A stretch of 59,976 nucleotides of DNA from an uncultured Candidatus Saccharibacteria bacterium (GTDB taxonomy: Bacteria; Patescibacteriota; Andersenbacteria; UBA10190): the NCBI GenBank assembly GCA_964450915.1, contig CAYVFG010000004.1, positions 1 through 59,976 of the forward strand, in the 5' to 3' direction. The translations under genes were made by a program, and so were the position numbers. Under the pieces are notes generated by a model. The model saw only the letters and a program-made list of their open reading frames with translations, made no database searches and was not told the origin of the DNA. Positions 1-8,492 of the stretch are shown in pieces. Each line of letters starts with the position of its first letter. Within the stretch, counting starts at the first letter, position 1.

Positions 1-142
1 AACTTTCATTGCCCGCAAAAATTCCGTCAGTAATATCTATCTGAATGTGTTCTGATGTATCTGCGACTTTGTTCCAATCCGCTTCTATTTTTTCGTACGT
101 TGTTTTTAAAATCGCGGGCACGATTTCGATGTTGTCGCTCAT
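1..142 (-). CDS. ribulose-phosphate 3-epimerase-like protein, N-terminal fragment (gene continues beyond the window)
   Basis: The minus-strand ATG at 142 reads MSDNIEIVPAILKTTYEKIEADWNKVADTSEHIQIDITDGIFAGNES. VPAIL and the H-x-D-x-x-DG-x-F pattern resemble the Rpe N-terminus. The start overlaps the rpiB stop as ATGA (139-142). Confidence 0.5.
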   Translation of the reverse strand, partial: MSDNIEIVPAILKTTYEKIEADWNKVADTSEHIQIDITDGIFAGNES

Positions 143-585
143 TGTTCTAATTTCTTTATCTTTTCGACTCTGCGTTCATGCCGTTCCAGTCCTGAAAACG
201 GAGTATCTAAAAATGTTGCAATAATCGCCTTCGCTTCGTCGAGCGTCAGAAGGTCGGCGCCCAGGCAGAGAATATTGACATCATCATCATTTCGCGCGGT
301 CTTTGCCACGTCTACGGATTGAATGTTTGCAGCGCGCACTCCTGCGATTTTATTTGCGGCAACTGCAACTCCTACTCCTGATCCGCACAATAAAATGCCG
401 CAAGTATTCTCCGGGTCTTGTGCGGTTTTTTGTGCAACAGGTACGGCGTAATCCGGATAATCATCGCCTTCCGTAAAATCTCGAGCGCCCAGGTCTTCTA
501 CTGTTCGCCCCTCTTGAGTAAGCCATGCGACAAGCCCCTCCTTCATCGCAAATCCGCGATGATCCGCACCGATAACAATATTCAT
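139..585 (-). CDS. rpiB: ribose-5-phosphate isomerase B (RpiB/LacAB family)
   Basis: 148 aa. It has MNIVIGADHRGF, LLCGSGVGVAVAANK and a C-terminal FSGLERHERRV, typical of RpiB. Confidence 0.85.
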   Translation of the reverse strand: MNIVIGADHRGFAMKEGLVAWLTQEGRTVEDLGARDFTEGDDYPDYAVPVAQKTAQDPENTCGILLCGSGVGVAVAANKIAGVRAANIQSVDVAKTARNDDDVNILCLGADLLTLDEAKAIIATFLDTPFSGLERHERRVEKIKKLEQ

Positions 586-609
586 GTATGTACTATACCC
601 AAATATATT

Positions 610-1245
610 CTAATATTCTACGTTCTCGCCGGGTTCTAGTGCATCAAATCGTATTCCCGCATCTTGCAATACTTTTTTCGGCACGGTATATATCCATGTT
701 CGAGAAGTTAAAATTGCGTCGTGAATGGGGATGCAAGCTTTTGGTTGTATTGCCAAAGCCCAATCCAGCGAATCTGAAATTTTCATCCATGGTCCAGCAA
801 TCGGCATGCCAAGAATTTCTACCGGAACATTCGGCGTTACAAAGGCATCTCCTGGTAAAAAGAATCTACTCGCAATTAAGTACCCCGTGTTCATTACAAT
901 GGGAATTGTTTTGTAAATAACGGCGTGGTCTGTTCCGAATCCTGCAATGTCAATTCCGTTCACGGTTGTTTTCTGACCGTCTTCTACAATCTCGCACGCA
1001 ATCCCCTGTTCTTCTAATAATTTCGCAACAGCGCTATTTGTTATAATTTTCGCTTCTGGATTATTCTTCAGCACTTCTTTTACGGAATCTATATGGAAAT
1101 GGTCCCCGTGTTCGTGCGTAATAATGACAACCGAAATGCCCGTCAGAGAATTCTGTTCGCTGGAAAACATGCCAGGGTCCGTCAAAATCCCTACTCCGTT
1201 TTCAATGATATGGAGGCAACAATGCCCGATTTTTGTGATGGTCAT
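610..1245 (-). CDS. MBL-fold metallo-hydrolase
   Basis: 211 aa with the HxHxDH motif (THEHGDH) and later His/Asp ligands, as in the UPF0173-like beta-lactamase fold. Confidence 0.75.
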   Translation of the reverse strand: MTITKIGHCCLHIIENGVGILTDPGMFSSEQNSLTGISVVIITHEHGDHFHIDSVKEVLKNNPEAKIITNSAVAKLLEEQGIACEIVEDGQKTTVNGIDIAGFGTDHAVIYKTIPIVMNTGYLIASRFFLPGDAFVTPNVPVEILGMPIAGPWMKISDSLDWALAIQPKACIPIHDAILTSRTWIYTVPKKVLQDAGIRFDALEPGENVEY

Positions 1246-1270
1246 GTTGGTAGTATACAGAAGATTACCA

Positions 1271-1299
1271 TTGACTTTTTATTATTTTTAATATATATT
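1271..1299 (+). promoter_or_regulatory. sigma70-like promoter for the 1359 ORF
   Basis: TTGACT (1271-1276), a 17-nt spacer and TATATT (1294-1299). AAGGA lies 9 nt before the ATG at 1359. Confidence 0.45.
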
Positions 1300-1358
1300 C
1301 ATACGTCGGATTATTTTTGGATGTTCGACGTTTGCCCTCTAAAAATAAGGACTTTTTT

Positions 1359-1652
1359 ATGAGTTGGGAGAGTGTTGCAGAAGATGTTGCTATACAGATT
1401 ATTTCGATGGATCCGTGTAATGCGGATGCAGGGATGGTGAATTTCTGCAGGGTTGCGTTGATTGGAATTTCGCAGTTGCCTGAGTGCCCAGAAAAATATT
1501 TGGAGCAGGCCCAAAGACTTCAGGAGGACTATGTTCGACTCGCGGCAAATCCTGGAGAGTATGTGGAATGGAATGACGTTGCAATTAAAACCCATAACCT
1601 GCTTGCTGAGCTGTCGGGATGCGGAGCCTACGCGACCATCTATTATAGTTGA
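1359..1652 (+). CDS. hypothetical protein (about 97 aa)
   Basis: ORF with an upstream promoter-like element and RBS and a downstream intrinsic terminator. The start was moved to the Met with the RBS (MSWESVAEDV...). No recognisable motif. Confidence 0.5.
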   Translation: MSWESVAEDVAIQIISMDPCNADAGMVNFCRVALIGISQLPECPEKYLEQAQRLQEDYVRLAANPGEYVEWNDVAIKTHNLLAELSGCGAYATIYYS

Positions 1653-1684
1653 TAATGCTATGCATCTAACCCTCTTCTCCTTCG

Positions 1685-1722
1685 TAGCCCCGTCTTAGTT
1701 CAAGGCGGGCTATTTTATTTTT
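1685..1722 (+). terminator. rho-independent terminator
   Basis: TAGCCCCG...CGGGCTA hairpin followed by TTTTATTTTT. Confidence 0.6.
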
Positions 1723-1820
1723 ACAGATATGCGAACAAGTGGCGGTAATAGTTGACTAATATATAATTATATGCTTATATAGTATGTTCTGATGGAACTC
1801 ATAGTTCAGGAGATACCGGA

Positions 1821-2354
1821 ATGTACTTTCTATGGAGATGTATTCAATGCTTTATTTGTTGGAGAGTGCGATTGCCCAATTGGAGCGATGACGCCCAGGC
1901 CGTGTGCGCATGCACGTTTGGTCGATCTGACGATATCTGCAACAAGGCGATTGCGTGCCATGTAGCTGTCATCGCGATGGAGCACAAACTCCCCTTCTGC
2001 GTGCAAGGTGAAATCGGAGCATATCTCGACAAGAGTTTGCTTGGGTATCGTTCTGCTGAAAGTTCCGATGTTCATCATCGAGAGTATGTCGGTACTTATG
2101 AAACGGTGCATGAACAGGTAACGTGCTACTTGCAGCCGCAGCGGATTACCAAAATCCATGTGGAGGCGCATCCGGAACACGCATGGCGAGTGGTAATGTG
2201 TTATCGCCGCTGTGGGATAGAAGTGGTGAGCGTGTGCACAATGGGTAAGCCGTACCCTCCTGAATCCACTCAAGTATGGTGCCGCAGCAAGTTGCGATTC
2301 GTGCCGTACGAAGTCCTCGCCCGCCTCCTCTACGTCGTAAAGGGATACGTGTAA
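1821..2354 (+). CDS. hypothetical Cys/His-rich protein
   Basis: 177-aa ORF. AGGAG lies 8 nt upstream of the ATG, and a plus-strand terminator follows immediately. A competing antisense ORF (1830-2273) lacks such signals. Confidence 0.4.
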   Translation: MYFLWRCIQCFICWRVRLPNWSDDAQAVCACTFGRSDDICNKAIACHVAVIAMEHKLPFCVQGEIGAYLDKSLLGYRSAESSDVHHREYVGTYETVHEQVTCYLQPQRITKIHVEAHPEHAWRVVMCYRRCGIEVVSVCTMGKPYPPESTQVWCRSKLRFVPYEVLARLLYVVKGYV

Positions 2355-2360
2355 CGTTCC

Positions 2361-2395
2361 GACCGCATGGTTTCAACCAGCGGTCGTTTTTATTT
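2361..2395 (+). terminator. rho-independent terminator
   Basis: GACCGC-N13-GCGGTC hairpin followed by GTTTTTATTT. The T-tract is present only in the plus orientation. Confidence 0.6.
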
Positions 2396-2409
2396 CGTAG
2401 CGGACTAGA

Positions 2410-3789
2410 TTAGAACTTTTTCCCGGAAAAAAATTTCTGTAATGGATACTGAACAATCGCAAATACAAATATTATGCCCGCCACAAGAGCGGCGAGATGA
2501 AAATCTTTAGGAATAGTTAAAACGAGTATCTCACCAACAAGCCATAGAGTCGCAATAATTACAATTGGCCAATGCCATTTTTTCAAAGCAAAGTTTTCAG
2601 TGGTTGGCAGCTTGTGTGCACTGAAGGCAAAGTTCAGCACAGTGATAAGGTAGGATAGAAATAGAACGACCACAGCCGCAGCATATATAGCCGCCAAATT
2701 AAACATTGTTAAGAATATGATTGCCTCAATGATAGCTACCAGAAAGCAAGCATAGAATGGTATTCCTCGTAGTGAAACAGTGCTGAATTTCTTATGTGCT
2801 ATGAAATGTTTATCACGAGATACTGCAAACAAAAGCCTGCCTCCCAATGTTATGCAAAGCAGTGAACTAGCGAACATGGCCACTACCACAAGTACGAGGA
2901 AGATTTTGTCGGCTACGGTTCCTAAATGATAAGAAACAATTGATGAAACTGGATCGGTTGCGGCAGAAATTGTGGTTAAATCTGGTATGGCGATTGTGAT
3001 AACGCTGATGAAAAATAAACCTAGTAATACCGTCACCACAACGGAACTAATAATACTTTTTGGAGTTATGCGTTTTGCATTGATAGTTTCCTCTGATAAG
3101 TCAGACGGAGTTTCAAATCCAAAAATTGTCCATGCTCCTAATAATGTAGACATTAAAAATGCTGGCCAATATGGTGTGGGTGTAGTCGGAACAGTTGTTA
3201 ATAACTCCGTGTGAGCTTGTCCTTTGAGCATGACAATTATGAGTAGTAACAAGCCAAAAACAGCGACCGCAATTATCTCCCCGATCACCGCTAGCTTGTT
3301 GAGGTGAGAGGCCAACCCAATTCCATACACACCGATGAGTAGCTGAACGATAAATATGCTGATTCCAATGACGCGAATAGCGTCCATGCTCAGTGTTATG
3401 CCAAGCAACGATTGCAACGGGGACATAAGGGCTACTACAATTCCTGCTCCTCCAATGCAGTAAGCAAATACGGTTAGCCAGTGGACTGTTACAGCAATAG
3501 AGGGGTGGCTTAACCTATTATTCCAATTATACAGCGAGCCAGTCAGCGGCAAGCGACCAGCCATTTCGGCAAAAACTAAAGCTACGAAAAGTTGCCCTAT
3601 GCCTACAATAAGCCAGCTCCATAAACCAAAAGTACCGGCTGTGTGCAGTACATATCCATAGTTTGCAAACACCCCCATAACTATCGACATAAACGAAAAG
3701 GAGATAGCAAATGAGGCAAAAAAGCCCACCTTCCGTTTTAATTGAGGTTTGTAACCCGCTTCTATAACAGCTTTGTCATCTTCATTCAT
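2410..3789 (-). CDS. APC-family amino acid permease
   Basis: 459 aa with about 12 predicted TM helices. The N-terminal KRKVGFFASFAISFSFMS and AEMAGRLPLTGSLY resemble the APC/amino acid-polyamine transporter signature. Confidence 0.75.
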   Translation of the reverse strand: MNEDDKAVIEAGYKPQLKRKVGFFASFAISFSFMSIVMGVFANYGYVLHTAGTFGLWSWLIVGIGQLFVALVFAEMAGRLPLTGSLYNWNNRLSHPSIAVTVHWLTVFAYCIGGAGIVVALMSPLQSLLGITLSMDAIRVIGISIFIVQLLIGVYGIGLASHLNKLAVIGEIIAVAVFGLLLLIIVMLKGQAHTELLTTVPTTPTPYWPAFLMSTLLGAWTIFGFETPSDLSEETINAKRITPKSIISSVVVTVLLGLFFISVITIAIPDLTTISAATDPVSSIVSYHLGTVADKIFLVLVVVAMFASSLLCITLGGRLLFAVSRDKHFIAHKKFSTVSLRGIPFYACFLVAIIEAIIFLTMFNLAAIYAAAVVVLFLSYLITVLNFAFSAHKLPTTENFALKKWHWPIVIIATLWLVGEILVLTIPKDFHLAALVAGIIFVFAIVQYPLQKFFSGKKF

Positions 3790-3806
3790 ATACAGAATAT
3801 ACCATG

Positions 3807-3877
3807 TTCCCGGACAGGGATTCGAACCCCAGTTTCAAGATTCAGAGTCTTGCGTCCTGCCGCTAGACGATCCGGGA
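3807..3877 (-). tRNA. tRNA-Gln (anticodon CTG)
   Basis: A cloverleaf was folded by hand. The acceptor is TCCCGGA/TCCGGGA, the anticodon stem CAAGA/TCTTG, the loop CTCTGAA and the T-loop TTCGAAT. CCA is not encoded. Confidence 0.85.
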
Positions 3878-3963
3878 ATGTATCAATAGTTTCAATGAAA
3901 ATGCGAAATAATACAAGTTTTGTAAAGAAAAAGCCGCCAGGTGAGAAAACCTGACGGCGGCGA

Positions 3964-4512
3964 CTAAGGAGCGCATGGCGTTGTGTATTGGAGTTCAAGG
4001 GTTTGAACATCAATGCTGCCTTGATGGAAAATGTGCGGTACGTACATCACCCACTTTGGACGATCTTGCTCCGATTTGAAATCTCGAAATTTTTTCAGAT
4101 ACGCAATTGTTCGCTCGGGTACCTCAGTAGGAACTCTTGGCTCAATATCTGAAAGTAGCCGCACCTCTTCAAGGTCGTATTGATCTGTTTCAAACATGCG
4201 AACAGCCAAGCGGCGTTGATCCAAGGTGCTTGTGTCGATTGTGAAATATGCGACGGTCGGTATGTGGCGGTTTGTATGCGTGGCGATTGCTTGGCAGATC
4301 TTTTGCGGATGAACTGGCATAAGAAACACTGCTTCTTGCCACGCGCAACCCAGGGGCGGAATTTCTCGTACCAGTGTGGATTCTCGACCCCTATACTTGC
4401 CGACATGTCTTTCAAACAAATCGGCATGTTTTTCTTGAAGTTCGGCCAATGGGTAGAGTTTTTCGTCTCGGGGGCGACCATCAATGCCGAGCAACACATG
4501 ATAAGTTAACAT
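3964..4512 (-). CDS. hypothetical protein
   Basis: 182-aa ORF with normal soluble-protein composition and no motif I recognise. It lies in a GC-richer local segment. Confidence 0.5.
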   Translation of the reverse strand: MLTYHVLLGIDGRPRDEKLYPLAELQEKHADLFERHVGKYRGRESTLVREIPPLGCAWQEAVFLMPVHPQKICQAIATHTNRHIPTVAYFTIDTSTLDQRRLAVRMFETDQYDLEEVRLLSDIEPRVPTEVPERTIAYLKKFRDFKSEQDRPKWVMYVPHIFHQGSIDVQTLELQYTTPCAP

Positions 4513-4535
4513 GTAGCTTCCTTTCTAGATATGGG

Positions 4536-5081
4536 CTACTTTTTTGTTGCCTCAAGCATGCGTGGATTTTTGTACGGATCCAGTGATCCTTCCGCGGCGT
4601 CGATTGCGAATAATATGAGCCAGAGCAAGGCGCATCCAAAAGCGGATGTTGCCAAGGGTAGATTAGTGCTATGCCAAGCTACTGGCAAAGTGCTAACTAC
4701 TGCGTATGACAGCACTGGCACGATGAACAGGTTGTGAAACCATTGAGCCGGAAGATTGTTCCAGCTATTTGATTCCTTTCCGTTCTTAAGGCCGAAGTAT
4801 TGGATCGCAATTCCGACAACGAGCGCCAAGATAGCGACCGTTATGTGGTACCAGGCCTCTGTATGGACTCCCTTTGGAAGTTCATGCTGGCACATGCCGG
4901 CAACGAGTCCGCAATAGAGCGCCAGCGAAGCATCGCCAGGGCAGCTGGAGAAGGCCACGTCGTAGATGACGCCCTCTGTCTTCCATCTGATGAGATACAG
5001 CAATCCTGTTGTAATGCAAATCGTTGCAATCATCACAATCCACCACGGTGCATGGGTGGCAATCCAAATGCTTGGCAACAT
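4536..5081 (-). CDS. hypothetical integral membrane protein
   Basis: 181 aa with about 5 hydrophobic segments and several Cys and Trp residues. Confidence 0.5.
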   Translation of the reverse strand: MLPSIWIATHAPWWIVMIATICITTGLLYLIRWKTEGVIYDVAFSSCPGDASLALYCGLVAGMCQHELPKGVHTEAWYHITVAILALVVGIAIQYFGLKNGKESNSWNNLPAQWFHNLFIVPVLSYAVVSTLPVAWHSTNLPLATSAFGCALLWLILFAIDAAEGSLDPYKNPRMLEATKK

Positions 5082-5261
5082 GACGAGCTCCTTATTGATA
5101 TGGGAATGTTCGGTCGTTTCGCGAGTATGTGTATTTTGGTATATAATAGTAATATTGTCAAGTTTTAAAAGATCAGGAGTGGTCGTAGGGTGTAAGTAGC
5201 CTGGTGTGTAGAGATTCTGTTACGAGTGCTCTTTTTCAACCCTGGAAAGCGAGTGTGCGAC

Positions 5262-5891
5262 ATGAAGGTCCGGTCCCTTAGAATCGAGGATGTGAATCTG
5301 GTCATCTCAGATCGTGGCGTTTCGTCAGTATTGGCATGTATCGTGCTTAAGTCGTTGATCGGCAGAAAGCCGGTGGATTTCTTCTGGCTGAGTCATGGAA
5401 TGTGCCGCTTGGAAGAGATGACCACGCTTCTCGGCAGGAAAACACGAGAAACTGTTTGCGTCGGATTCAGTCCCGACGATGGTCAGGATGTTGCAGCCTT
5501 GGTCTCCATGATTGTCGCTGACGCGCATCGGATTGGAGGGATCTGCGATGTCCATGGACGATCTGCCTGGTTGCGACGCACAGGAACGTTCGCTCAATTG
5601 TTTCTTCAGCCGCAGAATGCCGATAACTACTTCAGTTGTCCTGGTCGCGTTCTGCTGAATGCATTTGCTGATCAGTTTGAAGCATACGAACGCGAATTGT
5701 GCGAACTTTCGCACCATGCGGCACAGGGCGAACTGCGCGATTTTGCTCAGACGATATCCTGGATTGCTTCTGAAGATCCGAGCATGGATGGGAGGCGCAC
5801 AAACCTCGTTAACCACTTTGCATTCGACCGTAACCCCAGTCCACAGATTTCGAACTGGATACAAGAAGCTCGGCAAAGGGAAACAGCATAA
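5262..5891 (+). CDS. hypothetical protein
   Basis: The ORF is open from 5226 (GTG). The first ATG is at 5262 (MKVRSLRIEDV...). The plus-strand product looks more protein-like than the antisense 5325-5924 ORF. Confidence 0.45.
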   Translation: MKVRSLRIEDVNLVISDRGVSSVLACIVLKSLIGRKPVDFFWLSHGMCRLEEMTTLLGRKTRETVCVGFSPDDGQDVAALVSMIVADAHRIGGICDVHGRSAWLRRTGTFAQLFLQPQNADNYFSCPGRVLLNAFADQFEAYERELCELSHHAAQGELRDFAQTISWIASEDPSMDGRRTNLVNHFAFDRNPSPQISNWIQEARQRETA

Positions 5892-5961
5892 TGCCTTTTC
5901 GAATTCGAGGCGGTACGTACGCACGTATCGCCTCTCTTTTATTTTTGGTATACTTGCATGT

Positions 5962-6873
5962 ATGAACGATGCGTTTGTTGAGGTGAAGAATGTAAAAGCG
6001 CGATATCGCGGCTCAGATACGGATGCGCTGCACGGAATATCTTTTAGGGTGCATCACGGAGAGCATGTCGTGGTATATGGCGCCCCAGCATCCGGAAAAT
6101 CAAGTTTGCTTAAAATGCTCTGCGGAGACTTGGAGATAAGCGAAGGCAGCGTCGTAGTGAACGGCAACAGTCTGGGTAGTGATAATGCAATGCGCGCTGG
6201 ATACGTATCGCTTGATCATGAAGAATTGCACGCTAGTAAAACAGTATATGACAACTTGGTAGATTTTGGCGATGAGTACGACGTACCCCACTTGCCTGCT
6301 CGCATCGGCGAATTACTCGAACTTCTTGAGATGAAGCAGCTAGCGAATAGGAATATGCAAACGCTGTCTTCTACCGAAAAAATTGCGTACGGATTAATCC
6401 GCGCATCGCTTTCGGATGCTCCTGTGTTGTTGCTAGATGATGTGCTCGACGTGTTCGGCGTTGAAGAAACGCAGCGATTTTTAGATATTGCATGCGCTGG
6501 CAAAACCGTCCTTCTTACCACGCGCGTGACTCAAAATGCGGAACAGATGAATTTGCCGTTATTGCTATTGCATCACGGAACGCTGACTCATGCAGGTTCG
6601 CGGGACGATATTGCAGTAGCATCCGGAGTGCCGAGAATAATCGATGCCTGGGTAGAAGAATTGCGATACGACATGCTGAAAAAAATACGATCGCATAGCG
6701 GTGTGCTTGAAGTTCGCATTTTGCCAACAGATCGGTTTGAAGGTAATTTGGTTCGTATTATGATTCGTAATTCCCGTTTCCTTCCCTCCTTGTACGATGT
6801 TATGAGTCAGTCTCAGCTTGTGCACGTAGAAGAAGTGCCCCCGAAGCTCATTGATATTCTCAAGACTATCTAG
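5962..6873 (+). CDS. ABC-type ATPase with degenerate catalytic motifs and a DUF4162-like C-terminal domain
   Basis: From MNDAFVEVKNV the Walker A reads GAPASGKSS. The signature reads LSSTEK and Walker B reads LLLDDV. No adjacent permease gene is present. The 5659 start in the ORF track is read-through. Confidence 0.7.
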   Translation: MNDAFVEVKNVKARYRGSDTDALHGISFRVHHGEHVVVYGAPASGKSSLLKMLCGDLEISEGSVVVNGNSLGSDNAMRAGYVSLDHEELHASKTVYDNLVDFGDEYDVPHLPARIGELLELLEMKQLANRNMQTLSSTEKIAYGLIRASLSDAPVLLLDDVLDVFGVEETQRFLDIACAGKTVLLTTRVTQNAEQMNLPLLLLHHGTLTHAGSRDDIAVASGVPRIIDAWVEELRYDMLKKIRSHSGVLEVRILPTDRFEGNLVRIMIRNSRFLPSLYDVMSQSQLVHVEEVPPKLIDILKTI

Positions 6874-6874
6874 A

Positions 6875-7798
6875 TTACTTCAAGTATCGTCGCACTGCGA
6901 TGTAGCTGCTCATGATTGCAAGGAGGAGCGCAACCCCTGCTTCGGCGCCGATTAATTGTACCCAGTGAGATGCTGTGTATGCGTAGATATCGAACGTTGC
7001 TTGTTGGCCCGAGAAAAAGAATTGGTTGATTTGATCCGCACCGGCATTCAATACCAGGAATGTGAGAATGATGCTAATGGTGACGCTAATAACGGCAACG
7101 AGCATGGATTCTACGATAAACGGACTTTGAATATACCAGCGCGATGCCCCTACCAGTCTCATGATATCTATCTCTTCTCTGAAGCTGTAGATGGCTAATC
7201 GGATCGTATTGAACATAATGAGCATCACGAGGATTGCAAATATTCCGGTAACAATGAGCGCGGTATTTTTCGTAATTGTCATGATATGGATAAGCTTTTC
7301 GATGACTGATTTGGAATCCTCGAAATTCACCTTATCGATGTATTGGCTGTATGCGGGGTCCTTGAGGCTATTTGAAATATCCGTATAGAATTGAGGGTCT
7401 TTTGCCACGATGTACATGCTATTTGGCAACGGATTTCGTTGCAGTTCGCTGAGAGCCTGCTCGATGTACGGTTCATTTTTATGCTTTTCTCTGAATTGGT
7501 TAAGTGCATCTTCGCTAGTTGTAACGTGCGTATCTTGCACGTCTGGCCTCCTATCTACGGCGTGCTTAATCGTTGCAATTTGGTCTGGGGTTGTTTCTTG
7601 TTTGAAAATAACGGCAATATCCACTTTTTGGCTGAATGTGGTTAATACTTGTGTTCCGATAACGTTCACCACGTACAGGAAGGAGATCACGATCAATGTG
7701 AGCGTCATGATGACGGTTGTTGCAATAGATAGCCATACGTTTCTTCTGAAGTTTCGAAACGCATTACGAAATATGCGAAGTAGTGTAATCCCAATCAT
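6875..7798 (-). CDS. ftsX: cell division permease-like protein FtsX
   Basis: 307 aa with TM1, a large extracytoplasmic loop and 3 C-terminal TM helices. It lies immediately downstream of ftsE. Confidence 0.85.
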   Translation of the reverse strand: MIGITLLRIFRNAFRNFRRNVWLSIATTVIMTLTLIVISFLYVVNVIGTQVLTTFSQKVDIAVIFKQETTPDQIATIKHAVDRRPDVQDTHVTTSEDALNQFREKHKNEPYIEQALSELQRNPLPNSMYIVAKDPQFYTDISNSLKDPAYSQYIDKVNFEDSKSVIEKLIHIMTITKNTALIVTGIFAILVMLIMFNTIRLAIYSFREEIDIMRLVGASRWYIQSPFIVESMLVAVISVTISIILTFLVLNAGADQINQFFFSGQQATFDIYAYTASHWVQLIGAEAGVALLLAIMSSYIAVRRYLK

Positions 7799-7800
7799 AG

Positions 7801-8481
7801 TTATAGTTTATATGTTCCGCCTTGTTGATCTGATATTAATTTGCCCTGGCTTAACGTTATTACACGCTTCTTTAATGCGTTTACGATATCGTCATTGTGC
7901 GTTGCAAGTAATACGGTCGTTCCGAGCTTATTAATTTTAATTAGTAGCTGAACGATATCCCACGAATTTAATGCATCTAAATTTCCTGTCGGTTCGTCTG
8001 CGAGTAAAATTTGAGGCTTGTATGCAAGCGCGCGCGCAATAGAAACGCGCTGGCGCTCCCCTCCCGACATCTCGTTCGGGTACGTGTTTGCTTTATCGAC
8101 CAGATTCACCAGTTTTAGGATTTGCGGAACGGATGATCGGATTTCTTTCGGATCAGCACCCCCTACCTCCATTGCAAATGCGATATTTTCGAATGCCGTA
8201 TATTTAGGCAATAGCTTAAAATCTTGGAACACTACGCCGATCTGTCTGCGCAAATATGGAACCTGCCAATTCTTGATTTTGGTAATATCCCAGCCGTCGA
8301 TAACAATGTTGCCTGCTGATGGCTTTTCTTCTGCAGATAGCAGCTTGAGCAGTGTAGATTTGCCCGCACCGGATTGCCCAACGATAGAAACGAAATCCCC
8401 TGTCGGAATTGTGATGGTGACGTCAGACAGCGCGGGGCTTTTCTCTGAATATGCTTTGGAGACTTTCGTAAAGGTAATCAT
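7801..8481 (-). CDS. ftsE: cell division ATP-binding protein FtsE
   Basis: Walker A GQSGAGKST, signature MSGGERQRV, Walker B ILLADEPT and H-loop ATHN. It is paired with ftsX. Confidence 0.9.
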   Translation of the reverse strand: MITFTKVSKAYSEKSPALSDVTITIPTGDFVSIVGQSGAGKSTLLKLLSAEEKPSAGNIVIDGWDITKIKNWQVPYLRRQIGVVFQDFKLLPKYTAFENIAFAMEVGGADPKEIRSSVPQILKLVNLVDKANTYPNEMSGGERQRVSIARALAYKPQILLADEPTGNLDALNSWDIVQLLIKINKLGTTVLLATHNDDIVNALKKRVITLSQGKLISDQQGGTYKL

Positions 8482-8492
8482 GGGAAGTTTTG

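Noticed and set aside
1830-2273. 147-aa minus-strand ORF competing with the 1821-2354 plus-strand ORF.
   Set aside because: The RBS (AGGAG before 1821) and the orientation-specific terminator (hairpin followed by a T-tract at 2361-2395) support the plus-strand gene. No equivalent signals exist for the minus ORF. The call nevertheless remains low confidence.
3807-5900. Integrated mobile element at tRNA-Gln.
   Set aside because: No integrase, recombinase or transposase gene is present. I found no direct repeat of the tRNA 3' end. The observation is therefore reported only as a compositionally odd orphan cluster.
5659-5961. Long N-terminal extensions of ORFs in the track. Examples are the ABC ATPase from 5659, tsaC from 20859, GT4 from 57068 and the SDH protease from 52906.
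   Set aside because: The extensions overlap neighbouring genes or terminator hairpins and have non-protein-like composition. Internal Met codons that begin the conserved domains were used instead.
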